Below, piece after piece: positions 59,013-64,000 of a DNA stretch of 64,000 bases. The stretch lies in contig OZ244207.1 of the NCBI GenBank assembly GCA_965216875.1, forward strand, positions 3,136,001 to 3,200,000, in the 5' to 3' direction. The first letter of the stretch is position 1, and each line of letters opens with the position of its first letter. The notes below the pieces were generated by a model. The model did not search any database. It was not told the origin of the DNA and saw nothing but the letters and a program-made list of their open reading frames with translations. Origin of the DNA: Rubripirellula sp. Lineage in GTDB: Bacteria; Planctomycetota; Planctomycetia; Pirellulales; Pirellulaceae. The translations under genes and the position numbers were made by a program.

Positions 59013-60875
59013 ATGAGAAAGGGGCTCTACCCAGCCGCTGTCGTTTTTTTGCTAGCCACTCCACTTGCAGCACAATCGGACCCGCACGAGACCGTCCCAG
59101 CGTGGGCCGCCGACGCGGTCTTCTATCAGATCTTTCCTGAGCGATTTCGAAATGGTGATCGCAACAACGACCCGATCTTCGATTCAATCGAATACCGATC
59201 CTCCGTTTCTTCGACCTGGAAGATCTCGCCTTGGACAGCCGATTGGTACAGCCGCCAACCGTGGGAGGTCGCATCCGGAGACCACTTCTTCAACAACGGT
59301 GTGTTTCACCGGCGCTACGGTGGCGACTTGCAAGGAGTCATTGATAAGCTCGACTACCTAAGCCAGCTTGGCATCAACGTCATCTATTTCAATCCGGTCT
59401 TTTATGCGCGTTCGATGCATAAGTATGACGGCAACTCTTTTCACCACATCGATCCTTATTTTGGCCCATCGCCCGAAGAGGACTTTCGGGCCATGGCAAA
59501 GGAGACGGCCGATCCAAAAACATGGCGTTGGACCGCGGCCGACCGCTTGTTCTTGAAGTTGATCCAAGAAGCTCACAGACGTGACATTCGCATCGTGATC
59601 GACGGTGTCTTCAACCATACCGGACGCGACTTTTTTGCATTCGAGGACCTTCACAAGAATCAACAAGCGTCGCCCTATCGTGATTGGTACATCGTCGAGT
59701 CGTTTGATGATCCGAAAACCGAGCGCGATGAGTTCAAGTACGAGGGATGGTGGGGCGTCGAATCATTGCCCGTGTTTGCCGACTCGCCGGACGGCAGTGA
59801 TCTGCACGAGGGCCCCAAAGCATACGTGTTCGATGCGACGCGACGCTGGATGGACCCCAACGGCGACGGAGACCCGATCGACGGCATTGACGGCTGGCGC
59901 CTCGACGTCGCCGCGGAAGTACCGCTCGGCTTTTGGAAAAGCTGGAATGAACATGTCCGACGTCTGAACCCTCATGCCTACACCGTCGCTGAGTTATGGG
60001 GCGATGCAGCCTCGACGCTTGTCGAGGGGAAGTTTTCAGCAACGATGAACTATCAAGGCTTTGCGTTTCTCGTCAAAGGCTATCTCATCGACGGCAAACT
60101 TTCGGCGGCAGACTTTGCAGACCTGTATCAAGAACGACTCGAAACGTTCCCGCAATCGATGCGCCCCGCATTGCAGAACTTGATCGACTCGCACGATACC
60201 GAAAGGGTCGCGTCGATGGTGGTCAATGCCGAGCGGCGTGGAAAGACTCCCTACCGGCAACCCGAGAAATTCGACTATGACGTGGGCGAAAATGCGTCGC
60301 CACGCTACGACGAAGACTACCTGATTCGCAAACCCAACGGCCGCGAGAGGCAAATCCAACGGTTGGTCGCCCTGTTTCAATTCACTGCGGTCGGCGCACC
60401 GATGATTTACTACGGCACCGAAGCAGGAATGTGGGGGGCCGACGATCCCTGCGATCGAAAACCGATGGTTTGGGACGACCTCACGCACGCCCCCGAGACT
60501 TCACACCCCTTTGGCAAACCGCGCCCCAAAGACACCGTGCATTACGACCAGGACCTCGGTGACTACTATCGCAATTTGATCCGACTGCGCCGCGAACACG
60601 CGTCCCTTCGAACCGATGACTTCGTTCTACTTCACGCCGCCGACGATGCATCGACATTGGCGTTTTCAAGGCCGCTCGGCGATCAGTTGTTGGTGGTTGC
60701 TGTGAATCGTTCGACCGATGACAAGACGATCGAGCTCGATTGGCCAACAGGCAAACGATGCGAAAAGATCTTTAGCAGTTCATCCAACGTCGCGGCGACG
60801 GCAACGGTCACCGGAAAAGGCAAAGTCACGCTGCAATTGGGAGGCCTGAACGCCGCTGTCTTTCATGCTCGATAA
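59013..60875 (+). CDS. GH13 alpha-amylase/neopullulanase-like glycosidase
   Basis: FYQIFPERF, GGDLQG, DGVFNH, DGWRLDVA, AELW, SHDTER. Confidence 0.92.
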   Translation: MRKGLYPAAVVFLLATPLAAQSDPHETVPAWAADAVFYQIFPERFRNGDRNNDPIFDSIEYRSSVSSTWKISPWTADWYSRQPWEVASGDHFFNNGVFHRRYGGDLQGVIDKLDYLSQLGINVIYFNPVFYARSMHKYDGNSFHHIDPYFGPSPEEDFRAMAKETADPKTWRWTAADRLFLKLIQEAHRRDIRIVIDGVFNHTGRDFFAFEDLHKNQQASPYRDWYIVESFDDPKTERDEFKYEGWWGVESLPVFADSPDGSDLHEGPKAYVFDATRRWMDPNGDGDPIDGIDGWRLDVAAEVPLGFWKSWNEHVRRLNPHAYTVAELWGDAASTLVEGKFSATMNYQGFAFLVKGYLIDGKLSAADFADLYQERLETFPQSMRPALQNLIDSHDTERVASMVVNAERRGKTPYRQPEKFDYDVGENASPRYDEDYLIRKPNGRERQIQRLVALFQFTAVGAPMIYYGTEAGMWGADDPCDRKPMVWDDLTHAPETSHPFGKPRPKDTVHYDQDLGDYYRNLIRLRREHASLRTDDFVLLHAADDASTLAFSRPLGDQLLVVAVNRSTDDKTIELDWPTGKRCEKIFSSSSNVAATATVTGKGKVTLQLGGLNAAVFHAR

Positions 60876-60910
60876 ATCGCATCGCTAAAAAGCCTCGGTC
60901 GGGCACTGCA

Positions 60911-60944
60911 ATAAAAAACCCTCCTGTTGCCAGGAGGGTTGTTT
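60911..60944 (-). terminator. rho-independent terminator (possibly bidirectional)
   Basis: aaccctcctg-ttgc-caggagggtt hairpin flanked by an A-run and a T-rich run between convergent genes. Confidence 0.8.
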
Positions 60945-60969
60945 GCTTTTCGCGTCTTCTTGATCGAGC

Positions 60970-63900
60970 TTACAGCAGGTCTGCCATCGCCGCATCAATG
61001 GCGTCCGATGAACCCGTGTCGGAACCACCCGACTCGCGACCATTGGCAATCAAGTCGACGACTTCCGCCGCAACCGACTCGACTTCCGACGCGTCGATCA
61101 CTTTCAGAGCATCGGCTTCCGCCAACGAGCTTCCAGGATCAACGGTCGAGCTTGCCAGGTCGGTCCCCGTTGCTTGAGGAGCAACCTGTTCTGGAGCGAA
61201 GGTATCAAGTGCGTTGCGTCGAGCAATTTCGTTGATGACGTTGTTCGCATCCAGAGCCGTGATGCTCAAGCTGCCGTTGACGTCATAGAAGTTCGGCCCG
61301 CGATCCTCTGGCATGACCGGAATTTCGATCGCATCATTTCGGCCAAGATGGTTGATGATCAACAACGCATCCAGTGCGGTCACAAAGCCATCGTCATTGA
61401 CGTCGTGGTTGAGGTCAGGGTTTTGCAACCGGCTGGCCACCACTTGAGTATCGACGGTAGCGATGTTACTTGGACGCCCTTCTTGATCGAAGATGCGATA
61501 GGTAAACGAGTCACGACCAACGAAGCCTGGTTCCGGCACGTATTGGACAATGCCGCCGGCCTGTGGAATCGCTTCACCACGTTGCGGTGGGTTCACGATC
61601 TGGATGCTATCCAAATCGAGTGCTCCATCCGGGTCGATGTCGTTTGCAGCAACATCGATGTCGACAGGCTCTTCAAGGAAGGTGCCGCGAGCGTCGTCTG
61701 CAGCAATCGGGCTCGAGTTCGCCGAAATCGTCACCAGAGCTTGCTGACTAACCGCTTGCAGATCGTCCCGAACGGTATAGCGGAACTGATCCACCTCGCT
61801 GAAGCTGACGAACGGTCGATAGATCAGTGTTCCGTCGGGTTGAATATCAATCGCACCAAACGCAGGCTGAAGCGTGATATCAATCGATCCTGGCAGGATC
61901 ATTCCGTCGACGTCGACATCGTTGTCGAGCGGTCGGATCACCGTCACGTCGTCTGGAACCAAGCCCACTTCGTCGTTAGCGACGATCGGAGCATCGTTGA
62001 TTCCGCTAACGTTCAAGCCGACGGTTACCAATCCGCTTACCACACCAGCGGCGTCACGCACTTTGTACGAGAACGAATCCGCTGCGGTGTCACCTGGCCC
62101 TTGAGCCTGGATCTCGACAGCGTTTGTCGGATCGTAAGTGATGTCGCCGGTTGCCGGATCGAGCGTCACGCGTGCACCGTTGACCGAGAACAGTTCGTTG
62201 TTATCGATCAGAACGGTTAGGTTCTCAAACGGATTGGTCACCAAGTCAGGATCAATATCATTGGCCAACAGTTCGGCCGATGTGATCGTCAGCACGCTGT
62301 CTTCATCGGTATCGAACGAGTCACTCACAGGCACCGGTGGGTCGTTGATTTCGCTAATCGAAATCGTCAGCGTGACCGGGTCGGTCTGACCGCCTTCGGA
62401 ATCGATTGCGGTGACAGCGATTTCAGCCGGACCGGTGGGGTTGTCGGTATTTTGATTCTGTTCCGGAGTGAACCGCAACAAACCTTCTGGAGTGATCAAT
62501 GGCAGATCACGGAAGATGTGCTGGAACTCCGCAGGCGTCGTCACAACGAAGCCGACGGTTTGCGAAGACTCATCATCTGGACCAGGCGAGATGTCGGTTG
62601 CCCAAATCTCGGCATAAGGTCCGTTGTCTTCGGAAATGAAGACATTTTCGCCAGCCGTGAATTCGGGAGCATCGTTGACCGCATCGACGTTGATCACAAA
62701 CGTTGCTTCCATGCTTTCGTTTTCGTCGCCAATCTGGTTGGCATCTGGTCCGGTATCGATCAACACCACCCTGAACGTTGCCACACCGTTCGCATCGGGT
62801 GCGGTTTCGTAGACGAGCGTTGCCGAGTTACCGTTGATCACCGCACGAGGTGGAGTGACAAAGAGGTCTGTATTCGACGAGATTTGCTCGAATTCGAATT
62901 GCAAGCCTTGAGGCGGTACGTTTCCAAGCCCGTTGATTTCATCAACCGCGGTAACCGGCCCAGCTTGAACATTGGTCGCCCAGTTTTCGATACTGACTTC
63001 GCCGTCGTCTTCAGCACTCGTGACGTTACCAGCTCCACTGAACTGAGGTGCGTCGTTCACCGGCAAGACGTCGAACGTCACGGTGTGCGAAGCGATCCGT
63101 GGATCGTCCTCGGCAACGCCTCCGGTACCAACGCGAACCGATTGGCCGTCGTCGGTGACCGTGTAAATGAACGAGTCCATTCCGACAAAGTCTTCGCGTG
63201 GGAAGTAGATCAATCGCGTGATCTGGCCAGTGCCTTGATCGCGTTCGACTTCAATCGTTCCGCCATCAGCACTTGTCGCTGGGATCGGTTGCCCCAACGA
63301 AACCGACTGATTGCCACCGATTTCCGGAGCGATATCGGCCGCTTCATTGTCTGGACCGACAAGGAAGACGTCGAGCAAGCCAGGACTTGTATTGTCACCG
63401 GTCACAAGGATGTCGACGGAACCATCTTCAAGCAATGTGAAGTGCAACGGCGCCGCGGTAGGATCAACCACGGGTGGGTCATTGGTTGGCTGAACATCAA
63501 TCGTCAACGTGACCGGAATCGATCCGTTGATGTCACCACGCTGGTTTGCTCCAGCGTGGTCGCCCAGACCATTGTCTTGCAAGATCAACTCGAAGTCGAA
63601 TTCGCCGAAGACATCCGGAGCGGCCTGGAATACCAGTTCACCGGTGTCACGGTTGATCGACGGAGCGACTTCGAAGAAATCACTGAGTTGACCAGCAGGG
63701 AAGCTGAGTGGATTGACGACGAAGTTAACCGATTGCCCAGTGCTCACATGCACTTCGTCAAACGCTGAAATCGGTGGTCCGGCGTTGATGTTGAAGGCAT
63801 AGTTTGGCACCACAGAAACCGAATTGTCTTCAGGCACTTCAAGGAACGTCGTCGACACCTGGAAGATCGGTGCATCGTTGACAGGATTCAACCGGAGGCT

Positions 63901-64000
63901 CACGCGGTTGGTTGCGGTCAATCGATCTGGGATCAAAGCATCGGCAGCCAAGGACCATGTTTCGCCACCCGTCGTGCTGTCATCACGCACTTCGTAGGTG
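60970..64000 (-). CDS. C-terminal part of a giant surface protein with cadherin/Ig-like repeats and a planctomycete dockerin-like domain (5'-truncated)
   Basis: Repeated (V/T/I)NDAP/NDPP junctions and DSF(I/S/T)Y strands; DVNDDGFVTALDALLIINHL and DVNGSLSITALDA; frame open to the window edge. Confidence 0.88.
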   Translation of the reverse strand, partial: TYEVRDDSTTGGETWSLAADALIPDRLTATNRVSLRLNPVNDAPIFQVSTTFLEVPEDNSVSVVPNYAFNINAGPPISAFDEVHVSTGQSVNFVVNPLSFPAGQLSDFFEVAPSINRDTGELVFQAAPDVFGEFDFELILQDNGLGDHAGANQRGDINGSIPVTLTIDVQPTNDPPVVDPTAAPLHFTLLEDGSVDILVTGDNTSPGLLDVFLVGPDNEAADIAPEIGGNQSVSLGQPIPATSADGGTIEVERDQGTGQITRLIYFPREDFVGMDSFIYTVTDDGQSVRVGTGGVAEDDPRIASHTVTFDVLPVNDAPQFSGAGNVTSAEDDGEVSIENWATNVQAGPVTAVDEINGLGNVPPQGLQFEFEQISSNTDLFVTPPRAVINGNSATLVYETAPDANGVATFRVVLIDTGPDANQIGDENESMEATFVINVDAVNDAPEFTAGENVFISEDNGPYAEIWATDISPGPDDESSQTVGFVVTTPAEFQHIFRDLPLITPEGLLRFTPEQNQNTDNPTGPAEIAVTAIDSEGGQTDPVTLTISISEINDPPVPVSDSFDTDEDSVLTITSAELLANDIDPDLVTNPFENLTVLIDNNELFSVNGARVTLDPATGDITYDPTNAVEIQAQGPGDTAADSFSYKVRDAAGVVSGLVTVGLNVSGINDAPIVANDEVGLVPDDVTVIRPLDNDVDVDGMILPGSIDITLQPAFGAIDIQPDGTLIYRPFVSFSEVDQFRYTVRDDLQAVSQQALVTISANSSPIAADDARGTFLEEPVDIDVAANDIDPDGALDLDSIQIVNPPQRGEAIPQAGGIVQYVPEPGFVGRDSFTYRIFDQEGRPSNIATVDTQVVASRLQNPDLNHDVNDDGFVTALDALLIINHLGRNDAIEIPVMPEDRGPNFYDVNGSLSITALDANNVINEIARRNALDTFAPEQVAPQATGTDLASSTVDPGSSLAEADALKVIDASEVESVAAEVVDLIANGRESGGSDTGSSDAIDAAMADLL

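Noticed and set aside
61174..63768. Long opposite-strand ORFs (e.g. 61174-62220, 62452-63768; also 32468-33586 and 47665-48732)
   Set aside because: Antisense shadows of well-supported genes in GC-rich DNA, with no recognizable motifs

Overview
A 64-kb bacterial window whose gene content and intergenic repeats point to Planctomycetota, Pirellulaceae-like (inferred from multiple sulfatases, a dockerin/cadherin giant protein, an NPYxxP membrane protein and REP families). Layout: (1) 1-12.7 kb is a divergent redox cluster: a NuoE-NuoF fusion, a NuoG-like Fe-S protein fused to two cyclic-nucleotide-binding domains and a 4x[4Fe-4S] ferredoxin, a membrane protein with two H-x13-H pairs, a decaheme cytochrome and three paralogous pentaheme cytochromes c. 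It has no catalytic hydrogenase/formate-dehydrogenase subunit and is a candidate cNMP-controlled transmembrane electron conduit. (2) 12.8-29 kb is an accessory block (4 sulfatases, amidohydrolase, esterase, PAS-AraC, ECF sigma/FecR, PAS kinase) ending at tRNA-Leu(GAG), which has an inverted degenerate copy 271 bp away. (3) 29.7-64 kb is mostly housekeeping (purK, purE, pcrA/uvrD, rluD, sdaA, metF, lpxL-like, short glmU, prs, coaD, flgK, GH13, giant surface protein). It hides a probable unannotated selenoprotein: two in-frame ORFs (44531-43716 and 43694-42753) joined by a TGA at a thioredoxin/SelN-like active-site position, followed by a bacterial SECIS-like hairpin, with the locus bracketed by a perfect 28-bp inverted repeat. 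No CRISPR, rRNA, integrase or transposase was seen. All family calls come from motif recognition by eye; no database searches were run.
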